Positions 1 through 12,087 of a stretch of 64,000 nt of DNA are shown here, piece after piece. The notes beneath the pieces are model-generated. The model searched no databases. It was not told the DNA's origin and saw only the letters and a program-made list of their open reading frames with translations. The stretch is from Eledone cirrhosa (taxonomy: Eukaryota). Every line of letters starts with the position of its first letter. Positions within the stretch are counted from its first letter, which is position 1. A program made the translations under genes and the position numbers. The stretch is taken from positions 376,774,001 to 376,838,000 of the forward strand of contig OZ024740.1 in NCBI GenBank assembly GCA_964016885.1, written 5' to 3'.

Positions 1-3000
1 TGCGTGTGCAACGGTTTCCTCGTCGCACACGCATCTGGGACAGATCTTTTTGGCGGGGTCCCTACCCGGGCGCCCGTGTCTGTAGAGCCTTTCTCGAACG
101 GGTAAAGCCCCTCGGTAGCACTGCCAGGCCAGGGACTTCTGGAAGTTGTCCATAGGTCCCGGGCTGAATGTCCTACCGAACAGGCTGGCCAGTTCGTCCT
201 CCTCCATGTCTAGGGCTTCTCCGAGGGCGTCGTCGCACCTGCTGCGTACCAGCCCTCTATAGAATGTTGCGGTGGAGTCTCCACTGGTAACCGGATCCGC
301 CTGCCAGAGGGCGGTGAGCGCCTGGGCACACTCAGTGTGCCAGGCGCCCAGTTTTCTCGGTCTTTGTTTGACCCAGGATTGCAGCTCGGTGAGTGAGACG
401 AGTCTGGGAAAGGTTCGTCTCACAAACGAGGCCCACACCGGTTGTCCGGTGAGGAATACGTAGAGGTGCCGTAGCCTTAATGCGTGTTTACGCATCATTA
501 GCCACGGCATCCCCAGCCCTCCTTTCGAAGGGTGTTGACAGCAGATGGATCTCCTCACCATAGGAGCCCGCCTCTTCCAAAGGAATTGGAAGAGCGCGCG
601 CTCCATCTTGGTGAGGGTTTCCCTTGGGCAGGGCACTACGGTCAGGCGGTAGTAGATGACGGACGCTATGTAGGTGTTCGCCACCTCCGCCCGACCTTTC
701 AGGGATAGTTTGCAACTGGCCCACTTCTGGGTCAGTGCAAACACCCTGTTCGTAACCTCCACCCAGTTTTTCTCCACCTGGAGGTCCGGTCCGAACCAGA
801 CCCCGAGCAACTTCACCGGGCCCTCCGTCCAGCATCCGACGACGCCATCGGAGGGCATCGGTCTGCCCCTCCACGTGCCGAGTTGCAAACCGATCGACTT
901 GTCCCGGTTCAGCTTAGCCCCTGTGAACTTTTCGTACTCCTCCAGTAAGGTGCCGACCGCCTCGATTTCGGAGGCCGTCGACACCATTACTGTCACGTCA
1001 TCGGCGTAGGCCGACACCGCTTTCCGCAATCCCGGTTCCAAAGGGATGCCCTGCAACAACTCCAACTTCCGCAGTAGTGGCTCTAGAGTCAACACATACA
1101 GAAGGGAGGAGAGAGGGCACCCTTGTCGGATGGACCGCGCGATTTTGAACGGCTCCGAGAGGTAGCCGTTCACCTTGACCCTAGAGCAGATGCGGCTGCT
1201 GTGCATAGCAGTGATCCAGCCCCTGAAAACGGGTCCGAAGCCTGCCGCCGCTAGCACCGCATCCAGGTAACCATGGTCGACCCTATCGAACGCCTTAGAT
1301 TGATCCAAGTTGATCAGAGCCCCACCAAAGCCGGGTTCGTTCCCAACCCTCTCTATGATGTATCGCATGAGGTGGAGGTTGTCATGGATGGACCTGGACG
1401 GGATAGCGCATGTCTGCGCATCTCCTACCAGGTTGCCCACGACAAGCGCCAACCTCTTTGCTAGCACCTTGGCCCAAATCTGTAACTCTGTATTTAGCAG
1501 TGTTATGGGCCTGAAGTTACTTATTTCGTCCCCCTTGTTCTCGTCCTTCCTCACTAGCGTGACTACGCCCTCAGTACAGGGAATTCTCCCGTTCTGTTGC
1601 CAGTTGCAGTAGACCGCCTCGAGGAGATCGGGGAACAAGTCCGGCATAGCTAGATATAATTCGTAAGGAAGACCATCGAGACCCGGGGATTTGCGTTTGC
1701 CGCATTGGCTCAACACGTCCTCTATCTCAGCGGCCGAAATCGGCTCCTCGCAGGACTTCGCCTCCCTGTCCGAGAGGCGCGGCAGGCCGTCGAGGTATGG
1801 ACCGAAGTCCACGTTCCCAACCGGCTCCCCGCCCCTCCCGAACAGTCGGGCAAAGTGCCTTTGAAAGGCCTCACACATCTGCTTAGGCTCAAGAATCGCC
1901 CGTCCATCCAGGTCTCGCAAAGACCGGATGGTGGATTTAGTTCCACTGTTGGCCTCTGTCACGCGGGCCCAGCTAACAGCTTTGGTCCCCTCGTTCCCTA
2001 GAGCACGTATTTTACTTCGGACAACGCAGCCTTCGTGCTTCGCGTCGAAAAACTGGCTCAAAGCCGTTCTCGACGCTAGCACTCTGGCCACGTCGCCGCT
2101 TCTAATTGCCTCTTCTACTCTATCTAGTAGCTCCCTTTCCTTCCTATTCCTATCCGCAGCTAGAACCTTACTAAATTCTATCGAGACTACTCTAATCTCT
2201 CTCTTTAGAGATACCCACCACCTGCTGTTGACGATCGCTCCAGTCAACCGTTCCTTAACTAACGTACTAATCCGATTCCTGTAGGCTCTACTTGCCGGCA
2301 AGGACAAGTTGAGCTTCCAGTAACCGGGGCCCTGTCTATGAGTTCTGTCAAGGTTGACCATGCAGGTCACTAATTTGTGGTCTGAATAGCCAACCATGCG
2401 CATTTTTGGACAACTTAAAAAGTCCTTATCCTTAATTCTAACTAAGAACCTATCTAGGTACGACCTAGATGATCCGCTACGATTTGCCCAAGTCCAGGTT
2501 GGCGCAGTCGGAAAATCTAGTCGATATCTATCGGCCAGGTCAAATCGACCGATTAACCCTTTGAGGCTATTACACCCCTCTCTATCAGGGCAGGCCCCTA
2601 CGTAGTCCCAGCGTGCATCTAGGATACCATTCCAGTCCCCCACTAATAGCAAGGAGCGGGACGTCCCTAGAAAAGTCTCCAGACGATGGAAGAAGTCCGG
2701 CCGCATTGACCCGAAAGGGCCGTAGGCGGCTACCAACCTAAACGCTCCGCCTTTACCACTGCCAAGGTCCAGAACCACTAGTCGACCCTCCGGGTCCAAA
2801 TGTACCATCTGTGTTGCGAGACCCAGATGTTTTTGCAGCAGAACGACAACTCCACCCCCACCTCCGGGCTGACAGAGAGATGCGTGCATCTCAAAGTCAT
2901 CAAAGGTGGGGGCCAGCTGTCGCACGTTGCTGATCCGGGCCTCGCAAATAACCATCACATCTATACGTTGTGACCTGAGGTCATTTAGAAGCATTGCTTG

Positions 3001-3057
3001 CTTCCAAGTTGAGCCCAGGCCACGCGCATTTAAACAGCCTACTCTTAGCATAGCCAT
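1..3057 (-). CDS. Tx1-like ORF2 (APE endonuclease + reverse transcriptase + start of C-terminal Cys/His motif), open to the window edge
   Basis: Starts MAMLRVGCLNARGL. Contains GDWN and SDH (APE), FRPITLLN, KAFDRV, QGCPLS and AYADD (RT), and ends ICPRCVCDEETVAHA at base 1, in frame with the ATG at 3057. It is probably absent from the ORF track because there is no stop inside the window. Confidence 0.88.
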   Translation of the reverse strand, partial: MAMLRVGCLNARGLGSTWKQAMLLNDLRSQRIDVMVICEARISNVRQLAPTFDDFEMHASLCQPGGGGGVVVLLQKHLGLATQMVHLDPEGRLVVLDLGSGKGGAFRLVAAYGPFGSMRPDFFHRLETFLGTSRSLLLVGDWNGILDARWDYVGACPDREGCNSLKGLIGRFDLADRYRLDFPTAPTWTWANRSGSSRSYLDRFLVRIKDKDFLSCPKMRMVGYSDHKLVTCMVNLDRTHRQGPGYWKLNLSLPASRAYRNRISTLVKERLTGAIVNSRWWVSLKREIRVVSIEFSKVLAADRNRKERELLDRVEEAIRSGDVARVLASRTALSQFFDAKHEGCVVRSKIRALGNEGTKAVSWARVTEANSGTKSTIRSLRDLDGRAILEPKQMCEAFQRHFARLFGRGGEPVGNVDFGPYLDGLPRLSDREAKSCEEPISAAEIEDVLSQCGKRKSPGLDGLPYELYLAMPDLFPDLLEAVYCNWQQNGRIPCTEGVVTLVRKDENKGDEISNFRPITLLNTELQIWAKVLAKRLALVVGNLVGDAQTCAIPSRSIHDNLHLMRYIIERVGNEPGFGGALINLDQSKAFDRVDHGYLDAVLAAAGFGPVFRGWITAMHSSRICSRVKVNGYLSEPFKIARSIRQGCPLSSLLYVLTLEPLLRKLELLQGIPLEPGLRKAVSAYADDVTVMVSTASEIEAVGTLLEEYEKFTGAKLNRDKSIGLQLGTWRGRPMPSDGVVGCWTEGPVKLLGVWFGPDLQVEKNWVEVTNRVFALTQKWASCKLSLKGRAEVANTYIASVIYYRLTVVPCPRETLTKMERALFQFLWKRRAPMVRRSICCQHPSKGGLGMPWLMMRKHALRLRHLYVFLTGQPVWASFVRRTFPRLVSLTELQSWVKQRPRKLGAWHTECAQALTALWQADPVTSGDSTATFYRGLVRSRCDDALGEALDMEEDELASLFGRTFSPGPMDNFQKSLAWQCYRGALPVRERLYRHGRPGRDPAKKICPRCVCDEETVAHA

Positions 3058-3081
3058 GTTGGTGGTGAAGAGAAAAGGCAC

Positions 3082-4881
3082 TTACCTCTCTGCGTCCCGG
3101 GTATCGGGCTGCACAATTTCCATTAGGGTGGGGGATGGGTTGTTGGGTGGGGTGGTGGTTTGTGGAAGTGTGGGGGCATCAGTGTGTTGTGTGGTTGGGG
3201 AGCTTGGAGTTGTGTGGGTGTTTGGGGAGGGGGTGGGATAGTTTTTTAGGAGGACGCGGTTAATGGGCCCGACGCAGGGGGGACCCACGTCCTCTTTAAA
3301 ATTGTTTTTTAAAGTTTTATAGGTGTCCTGTGGGGCCTTAATCATTTTGAGGTGGGGGAAATCCCCTGCCTGGGTGAAGTTAGGCCCTTGTGTTTTTATT
3401 AGATTGTTGTTGTACACAATGTTTAACAGTTTTTTGTTTCTTGTATTTATGTATGTGTATGCATGTTTTTGTTTTTGTGTGGTGTTTTTTGTTTGCTGTT
3501 GTTGTGAGCTCTTTTGTGTTGGTGTCAGTGTTATGTTTTGGGGAGGGTTATTTTTCATTTGTGTGTCTGAGGTGTGTTTTCTTTTTTTTCTTTTGATTGT
3601 GTGGAAGTGCTCCTCCTCGTCTGACGACGAACTAGGGTCATCTTCCGCGTTGGAGGGGAGGGGTATATTTTCGGGTTGTGTTTGCGGTACGGGTGTTTTG
3701 GAAATTGTTTTTGTTTTTTGAGTGGAGGGGATGGGTTGGACATTGTTTTGTTTTGGTTTGAGCTGTGGTGGTTGTTTTTGTAGTGGTAGTTGTGGTGATT
3801 GTGTTGGTTGTGCAGTTGTTGGTGGTGTAGGCAGGATTGGGGTTTTCTTATTAAGTTGGGGACAGACAGCCCTCAGGTGACCTCTGGTTCCGCAGAGGTA
3901 ACACGAGGGCCGTCTACCCTCAACGGTAATGTTGATGAAGGTAAGATCATCCAGTATGACGCGTTCAGGGATCTGGGCGATCCTTTCGGGCCTCATTTGA
4001 ACTACAAGTTCGAGGCTCGTTCCACTGAACGCGTCACCCGATGCCTTTCCCATGGACACCAGCATGTCATCCTCCAGGTCCAGAAAACCTGTCAAAACCC
4101 ACCATATGTCCATAATCGGCAGGATGGTGTGGATTTTTATTTTTTGTGTTCTTCTACCCATGTACGTAGGGTAGAAGGTGTATGCGGTGGATGTGATTGG
4201 TTTGATGGACAGTTTCACTGCTGTGTCCCTGTCCTTCATGAGAATGGATAGACTCCCGTAGAGTCTATCCTTCTGAATGAAGGTGATGTCCTTCATGACG
4301 TCTTTTAAAACCAGCTCTATCTCGCTCTGTGATGGTTGAGCTGGTTTTTTACTTTTGTTCGAGATTGTTCTAAACATGACCGTGTTTAGGAGTCTTTGGC
4401 TTTTTAGTTCCGGGGGGGAATGGATTGTGAATGAACCATTTTCCCCGTACACTATATATTTTTTCGCATCCGCCAGTAGCTCCTTCGCTTTTGTTATATC
4501 TACTGGCAGATAGTCGAGGGTTTTCCTTGTCGTCTCGGCGAAGGAGAAATTTTGTTTGTTTGTGTTGTTGTTGTCGTTGGTGGTGTTGTTGTTATCATTG
4601 TTGTTGTTGTCACCGTTATTGGTCTTGTTGTTGTTGTTGTTGTTATTGTTATTGTTATTGGTGTTGTTTTCGTCCGTCGCATTGTTGTTGTTGTTGCTGT
4701 TGCTGCTGATTCTTTGGGTTGTTGCCATGGCAACGTCAAGTTGTCGGTTAACAGGTGGAGAGAATTCTTCCTCTGGCTGACCTTTCTTCTTGACCTCTGC
4801 TACTGTGACAGTGGCAGGGGGAAGCTGTAAGTTCATCTTCCCCTTTCCTCCTTCGAATTTTGGTGAAGAAGCTTCGGCCAT
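3082..4881 (-). CDS. Tx1-like ORF1 protein (599 aa, CCHC zinc knuckle, poly-Asn and Pro/Thr/Gln-rich regions)
   Basis: CYLCGTRGHLRAVC knuckle. Lies immediately upstream of ORF2. Homologous to the broken ORF1 at 48099-49785. Confidence 0.9.
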   Translation of the reverse strand: MAEASSPKFEGGKGKMNLQLPPATVTVAEVKKKGQPEEEFSPPVNRQLDVAMATTQRISSNSNNNNNATDENNTNNNNNNNNNNNKTNNGDNNNNDNNNTTNDNNNTNKQNFSFAETTRKTLDYLPVDITKAKELLADAKKYIVYGENGSFTIHSPPELKSQRLLNTVMFRTISNKSKKPAQPSQSEIELVLKDVMKDITFIQKDRLYGSLSILMKDRDTAVKLSIKPITSTAYTFYPTYMGRRTQKIKIHTILPIMDIWWVLTGFLDLEDDMLVSMGKASGDAFSGTSLELVVQMRPERIAQIPERVILDDLTFINITVEGRRPSCYLCGTRGHLRAVCPQLNKKTPILPTPPTTAQPTQSPQLPLQKQPPQLKPKQNNVQPIPSTQKTKTISKTPVPQTQPENIPLPSNAEDDPSSSSDEEEHFHTIKRKKRKHTSDTQMKNNPPQNITLTPTQKSSQQQQTKNTTQKQKHAYTYINTRNKKLLNIVYNNNLIKTQGPNFTQAGDFPHLKMIKAPQDTYKTLKNNFKEDVGPPCVGPINRVLLKNYPTPSPNTHTTPSSPTTQHTDAPTLPQTTTPPNNPSPTLMEIVQPDTRDAER

Positions 4882-5098
4882 TTAAAAAATATTGACTTTT
4901 CAACAAGAAAAAACTTTTTTTTTTTTTGTTTAACTATTTCGCCTAAAGGCGTAGAATATTTTGAGAGACTGACCAGATCAAAGTTTGACCTGGCAGTCCC
5001 TCTACAAAATGGTACAAAAATTAAATTTATCAGACAAGAATTTCTATAGAAATTTAAACAGAACTTACTCAGCAAGTTATACGCGTGTGTCCATCCCA

Positions 5099-5099
5099 G

Positions 5100-5131
<32 letters not shown>
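5099..5131. repeat. (GATA)n microsatellite at the 5' junction of Tx1 copy 1
   Basis: gatagatagatagata... read directly. Confidence 0.9.
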
Positions 5132-5687
5132 CTGTACAAACAAATACACGCACATATACAGTACTTATGTACTTTTCTATACACACATATTGATACATAA
5201 ATGTACTCACTGACATACCTGACAAAATTCCTCCTCCAGAAAACGTTTCAAACCACTCTTCCAAACAATAAGTCATTCTATTATCTTCAAAGGCAATTGT
5301 GCTCATGTTGCTAAAATTACAGCGCACACCAGTAAATGCATGCATCAGCCAATATATACAAGTTAACCAGAGACGATGATTTTTAGTGTAGCTAGAGATT
5401 GTGTCCTTAGGGAAATGTATACATTTCGGAAAAGACGCTACGCCTTCTTGGCGGCTGTAAAAACCACATAACCCCTGAGGTTATTCTTCAACTGTAGAGC
5501 ATCCTAATGAGGGCACTCAATAAAAAAGTGATAGGAGACAGGAAAATAAAACAGGAATATAATTAACGTTTATATAGAAATAAAGGAGGCAAGTACTACT
5601 GTGAGAGTTATACGAAGTTAAAACAGATTGGTGCCTAACAATCATTACTAGAGAGATAAGACCAAAGCAAAACATTGGGAAAGGAAT

Positions 5688-6010
5688 TCTTCTTCCTTTT
5701 CTTCTTCTTCTTCTTCTTCTTCTTCTTCTTCTTCTTCTTCTTCTTCGCCCACTTATTCCTGAGAGGGTGTGGGGGCAGAGTCCTCAAACACTCCTTCCAG
5801 TGGGTCGTCAGAAGCCACCGATTTCAACTGATCCGGCTGGATCTCCAAGCGAGACCAACCAATCTCATTGATGGTATCCAACCATCTTTCTCAGGGTCTA
5901 CCCCAGGGTCTCCTACCTGTTGGTTTTGGCAGTAAAACCTGTCCAGCGATTCTTTCCTGAAACATTCTAACCACATGTCCATAGTATCGGTGTTGTCATC
6001 TCTCAATTCG
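5688..6010 (-). mobile_element. RTE-clade LINE 3' fragment with (GAA)n tail
   Basis: Minus strand reads RYYGHVVRM...GRRPWGRP*ERWLDTI, a typical RTE C-terminus, followed by (GAA)n at 5688-5746. Confidence 0.75.
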
Positions 6011-6871
6011 GAGAAGTTGTGACTCTACCTGGTATTACTCTCTGATCTCCGAACTACGCACTGCATCGTGTAAAGTTAATCCAAAGAACATTCGGCCGCT
6101 CGTATTAGCGATCGTATGAATTCGGAGTTGTGGCTTGAGAAAATAGATCACCTCAATATCTGGGAGACGTACAAGATTATGTGACAAGGCCTGACCGCAG
6201 TGGTGCCGTAATGATCAGCAACTGCCACAGTCAGACGTCAGCTGTCAAATATTTCAGAGACCATAAGTATAAGAGAGTACAGTGGCTACTGAAAATGAGC
6301 TCTTCACTTAAATACACTAGGTCTCATAATAAGGTACTTCGGGTGATGAATTAATAACTATTTTAGCCTGCGTTTCATACCCACATATTCACCCCTCTGA
6401 GAATTTCGATACGTTACTTACTAGTCCAGATTGGTGAGAAAACAAGCGGTCGAAATAAAAAGAGGCAGTGAAAGAGATAACATGGTGTTGGTAGTGTATG
6501 TATTCAATATTATAATGGAATCAATATCTTTGCTGCTTAAAACCTAAAGAGCATGGCGTTTGCTCTGTGTGGTCTGTCTGTCTGTGTGTCCCAGTGAATT
6601 GGCTGAGTTGAAACTGGTTTGGAATTAGGATATGGTCATACAGCCAGCAACTACATTAGCAAAAGCATTTGCGATATGCACTCCTGCTTGTGCAAGTTGA
6701 ACTTCACTGCTGTGTGCTCCAAGACTAGTTCGTACTTCAAAATGTCATGAGTGTTTAGATAAGAGAGAAGAATATCTTGCAAAATCCCAAATAAATTAAT
6801 CACACAGAACTGCATTTGTACGGAAGTATGAGTAAAATCCTGAAATGAATGCGTTTCACTCTGTGTGTGTT

Positions 6872-6880
<9 letters not shown>

Positions 6881-6953
<73 letters not shown>

Positions 6954-6976
6954 TGTGTGTGTGTGTGTGTGTGTGT
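6881..6976. repeat. (TG)n microsatellite
   Basis: Read directly. Confidence 0.95.
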
Positions 6977-8246
6977 ATGCGTGCGTCTAAATATTTAAAA
7001 TGGTGAATGCAGTGAAAGTGGCATAATAAAACATTGAAAAATGAATCATGAAAAAAGTATATTTTGCAGAAACGATCAAATGTTTAAACTGCAAAACATT
7101 GTGAAGTGTATGTGAAACAGAAAAAAACACATTATGAAAAAAGGTAGAGTTCCGATTTCATATTTGAAATTATTTCTGGAAAGAAGAAAAAAAACAACTG
7201 TTCCAAACAGTTGAAACTTATAGTCAGTATTTTTGTGTATTGCTTCTTCTAGAATTTGTGTGTGTGTGTGTGTGCCTGTGTGTGTGTGTGCCTGTGTGTG
7301 TGTGTGTGTTGTCTGTGTGTGTGTACGTGTGTATTTTGTGTTTCCAGCTCTTTGTTTTCGTCGTACATCGGTTGAATTTCTTGGAACAAAGCTTTTGTTG
7401 CTGTTGTAGCAGGATCCCCGGTAAACATTATTCTGTTTAGCATCTTCTTTTGTTTTTGTTTTTGTTTTTGTTTTTTGTTATGTTCCTATTTGTTCTTAAG
7501 AACTAAGTATGATCTCCAATAGATTTGTTTGCTTTTTTTTTTTACAAAGATGTTGATTGCTGGCTGAAGTGTGTTGATGTACGATTTCAAAGGAAAGACA
7601 CAGTCCACAAGGAGACAAAACGACTAATTCAGATGTTTCTGTTTCTACCATAGAAAGCTACGGAACCATGTCACAGATAATAAAAAAAGAGGAATTGTGG
7701 GAAATTTGAAATAGTAACGAGTAGTGGTAAACATTAAAGAAAGTATTTGGTAAATGCATTTAGATGTAAAATTGAGGTGGATTGAATGCATATGTGTAGG
7801 TATGTGGCTTGAGAAACGTAACACCCTGATATCTGGCAGATGTACAGTCTTGTGTGTCATGGTCTGGCTGCAGCAGTGCCTTAATGACCAGCAACTGCGA
7901 TAGCCAGACAGCGGCTGTCTAATAGCTCAGCGACTAGCAGAGTGCGAGAGATAGTGAACAAAGGCTAATGAACACAGAATCTGGGGTTAAATACCCTAGG
8001 CTTCATTACAAATAATAATATTCAAAACAACCCATTTTAAATTGAAAATAATTTAAAGAGAAACAGTTCTAATGGTTCAAAATGAAAGGCGCCGGTATAT
8101 ATCTGCGGACAAGGTGGAGCCTAAAGAAGAAATGGTTAAGGAGTTATTTATGCAATTTCTGTGAAACATCTGATGACATTTTTCATTATATTATATAAAC
8201 AAGCGAAACTCCAGAGTAACAAGACTCACTTGTTAGCCTTAATAAT

Positions 8247-8360
8247 AATTGTTTCTACTTTTGGCACAAGGCCAGCAATTAACCAGTGCATTACTGGTAC
8301 TTTATTTTATCGACCCCGTAAGGATGAAAGGCAAAGTTAACCTAGGCGGGATTTGAATCA
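8247..8360 (-). mobile_element. tRNA-derived SINE, 5'-truncated copy
   Basis: Matches the body and 3' end of the SINE at 63085-63270. Confidence 0.8.
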
Positions 8361-8486
8361 CTAGATATAATATATACCATTTCCTCTCCCAATTAGTATA
8401 ATTAACCATATAAAAAATCAATTAGACCAAGCTATAAGAATAAAGGCTCCTATGAAGAAATCTCCGACAAATAACCGAAAGCAGCC

Positions 8487-8530
<44 letters not shown>

Positions 8531-9367
8531 TGAAAGTGGGAGAGTAGGTAATGCTTGTTACGTAGTGCTCCAAGCTCATATGTGCTAACACACAGAAATT
8601 TGTATATTGAAAAATATGTAAAACAATTCGACGTCTTCTGGCCTTATTGTCTTTAGCAGCATCAATTTGTATGTAATTAATTTGAAAATTTCTATTTTTT
8701 TCTGTAACTTCAAACATTTGATATTCCTATATTTGTTTCCGTAAGATCTTAATTACTGATTATCGCATAGGCGTTACTCCGCCCGACAAAATAAATTGGT
8801 TCTTCAAACGTACATTGCTTTAGGCTGTTGGTATATGTGTCTATACACAGGAGAAATTTTCCTACGTATTAGCTGCATGCTGTAAATATAGAAAGGTAGA
8901 CGGTCACGGAATAGTAATATAACTGTCTGCTTTCGAAGTGTTTAAAGAAATCGATAACAATCGATTATTAACGTGCTATTTCGTTCTGCCACAAACTGAC
9001 TTAAAAGCCGCAAATTGAAGATATTTTAATTGTTAACTAGATTCTGTCAATGCAATGCTATATGTATTAGTAAGCTGTTTCATGTGATCAAATATGGATA
9101 ATAAATTGCAGTCCATTCTCTTTCAATATCCTCTATAAATATTGAATATTATTCAAATCATATACCAGAGAACGTTTTGAGTTCTCCTTCCATTCAATAG
9201 AAACCGTTATACTGTTGATCTCCATCACAATGGTTGTTGTAGTTGCTGGAGTGTGGTGGCTACTGTTTATACTGTTGTTAAAATATCATTATAAACATAT
9301 TCAAAATACACAACTTTGTAGCATAAACAGTTGATGTAGCAAAATGTGGAGCTGTGATTCATTAAGA

Positions 9368-9543
9368 TAATTGTTTCTACATTTGGCACAAGGCCAGCAA
9401 TTATCCCAGTGTATTACTGGTGCTTTATTTTATCGATCCCGTAACGATGAAAGGCAGAGTTAACCTCGGCGGGATTTGAACTCATAAAGGGGCGTAACTC
9501 TATGCTGCAAAGCATGGCGTCCGACACTCTACCGATACTGCCA
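9368..9543 (-). mobile_element. tRNA-derived SINE, near full length
   Basis: A-box-like TGGCAGTATCGGT and B-box GAGTTCAAATCC on the minus strand, with the same body as the other copies. Confidence 0.85.
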
Positions 9544-9565
9544 TGATAACTAGTAACCTCATGTT

Positions 9566-9630
<65 letters not shown>

Positions 9631-9638
9631 CGTTGTTG

Positions 9639-9669
<31 letters not shown>

Positions 9670-9745
9670 TGATGGTGTTGGGGGGGGGGGTGATGACGAC
9701 GACGATGATGATGATGATGATGTAGCAGTAGTAGTGGATTGATGA
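9566..9745. repeat. Compound (TAG)n/(GAT)n trinucleotide microsatellite
   Basis: Read directly; it explains the poly-H/L/T/S ORFs. Confidence 0.9.
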
Positions 9746-11136
9746 TGGTAATTGTCATGATTGTGGTGGTGGTGGTGTCTTCCGAAGGACTCCTTATCGA
9801 AATAAAAGGGAACTACACTGACCCAGTGAATTAGGTGCGTCAAAGAAATATATAACTCAAGCCGCATTTGTAGCGTAGTTAGATTTATGACCAATATTTG
9901 TAGTGGAGAATTCTCCACTTCAAATATTGGTCGTGTATCTAACCTCGCTGCAAATGCTGCTTGAATTATATATTTCTTCGGTTCGCCGGTTCAACTAACT
10001 GAGATACAACAGAGTAAAGTAAATATATTTGTAATAAATATATATGTTGGGTGGGAAAGCATTCTTTCTGCGGCTAAACCGTTTCAGAGTAACACAAAAC
10101 TATACAATGTTTGCACCGCGAAGAGTATATTGTTATTTATATATTCAGAAAAAATTCTCATCAACATTCAGAGAAAATTTAAGCCGTACAAATATTTACA
10201 GCGGACCATCTACCAGTTATGCTAACAACTTCTCTATATCAGTAGTTACCTCTGCTTGTATATAAATCATTGTTTGATTTTCCGTTAATGCACTTTTCCA
10301 TGTTGATATTTCGCCTGTCATTTCGTTTTTCATCTTTACCATCTTTATTGGTTCTACATCAATGAATGCTCGGTTTTCCCCTCTTTTTTCTTTTTTGCGT
10401 TTTTCTTTTCTTGTGGTATTTGAAACAATTACCAATGAAGCTGGTGGACATACACATTTCATCGTTGCTTCATACTAACTCGACATTCTGAAGTGTTTAA
10501 GCATAATATTTATGCCGATTGAATTTAATATTAAATATTTTCACTCTAAATACGTTACGCATTGAGAAATCTTTATCCACCGGTGATTTATTCTGTTTTC
10601 ACTAGCAGATTTTAAGTTATTAGTGACTATATATTTGTAGATTGCTAGTATCGATCTAGCTTTGGTGGGTACCCATCAAAATGGCCTCTCACTTTTAGAA
10701 GGAAGGAAATAAAGCGATCTTTCGCCACCCAGGCACAAGTTTAAAATACCTTATGGTAGGGAGCGAACTCACATACCACAATTATATATGCAAATCCCTT
10801 TTGTCATTTCTGTCTCTCACACTCACTCTCTCAATATTTCTCTCTCTCTCTCACTATCTCTCTCTATCTATTTATCTATCTATCTTTCGATCTAACTATC
10901 TATCTATCTATCACTTAATGTATATTTATATGTGTGTATGTATCGGAATGTTCACATCAACTTAATATCAAAATATAATACTTATTTTCAACTAGTTGTA
11001 AGAATCATACTTATATAATATATTATATATATTATATATATATATCAGATAATAATAAATGTGAAGATTAAAATCAGAAGATCCCGTTAAGGGTGAAAGC
11101 AGCGATTCTTTGGTTAAACTTTAATTTGTTATTTTA

Positions 11137-11180
<44 letters not shown>

Positions 11181-12087
11181 CGACATGATATTTTCTTTTT
11201 CATTCTTATTTTTGCCTTTCATGACTGGAGATAATTTGTCTTTAGTAAAATATTTCCTTTGCAAAAATAACATTCCGTTGAAAATTAATTAGAAATAATT
11301 TGTAGAAGTTTTAATGCATAGTAGTTGTGATTGGTAGAAATTTGTTTTAATGCATTCACTGCCATCACAAATGAATGCTGCCAATAATTGTTAGCAACTC
11401 ATCAGTCATGAATGGCAGTCATTAGAGCCTTTTGATTAGATACTAAAAACAATTGTATGTAGAAACAAAATCAACCTGATTAATTCCCTCGTGGGACTAG
11501 CCTTTATGTTGACTACTGTCATTTAGTATCCTTGAATAATTTCAAAGAGCAATCCCTTTTTTTTCTGTTTGAGGTTTAACCCTTTTAATTCTAATGTAGG
11601 GTATTGAATATAATCATGAAATAACATTTAGACTGTTTGTTCTGATTTTGTACATTTCAAATGATATTAAAAAAACAATTTTCTTCTACGGATATTATTG
11701 TTTTTTTTTTTTGTTTTTTTTTGTTTGTTTATTCTTGCCTTTACTGTTGTAAAGAATATTATGAAATACATGGTGAGTCAATGAATTTTATCCAAGAGAT
11801 CAAATCAGTGTTTGTGACGTGTGCCTAGAGTAGGTGGGCTTCGTATAACCCATCTCTTTCAATACTCAATTGACGTCTACAACACACTAGTATAAAGTAC
11901 TGCTGCTTTTGATGTGGTAGACTAATCTGCTTTCTTATTTTTACACTTACACATATGTTGCCATAGCCATTGAAAATTAAATTTCAAGATGCTGAAAACG
12001 CGATATTAACATCTATTAATACCAAGCTATCAACCCCGTGAAATTTGTCAGCTGTGATTTTTCCTGTCATATATATATATATATATA

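Larger units (their letters stand above)
1..5098 (-). mobile_element. Tx1/L1-clade non-LTR retrotransposon, copy 1 (5' end complete, 3' end runs off the window)
   Basis: ORF1 plus APE-RT ORF2 on the minus strand. The 5' end abuts (TATC)n at about 5099-5131. Homologous to the copies at 44.4-53.9 kb. Confidence 0.92.

Noticed and set aside
272-4830. Plus-strand ORFs over the Tx1 copies
   Set aside because: They are antisense shadows of ORF1/ORF2.
7240-7443. ORFs rich in CV/HT/YI repeats, here and throughout the window
   Set aside because: They are translations of (TG)n, (TA)n and (TACA)n microsatellites.
8165-8225. CTGATGA...GAAACTCCAGAGTA hammerhead-like spacing
   Set aside because: Stems I and II do not pair convincingly.
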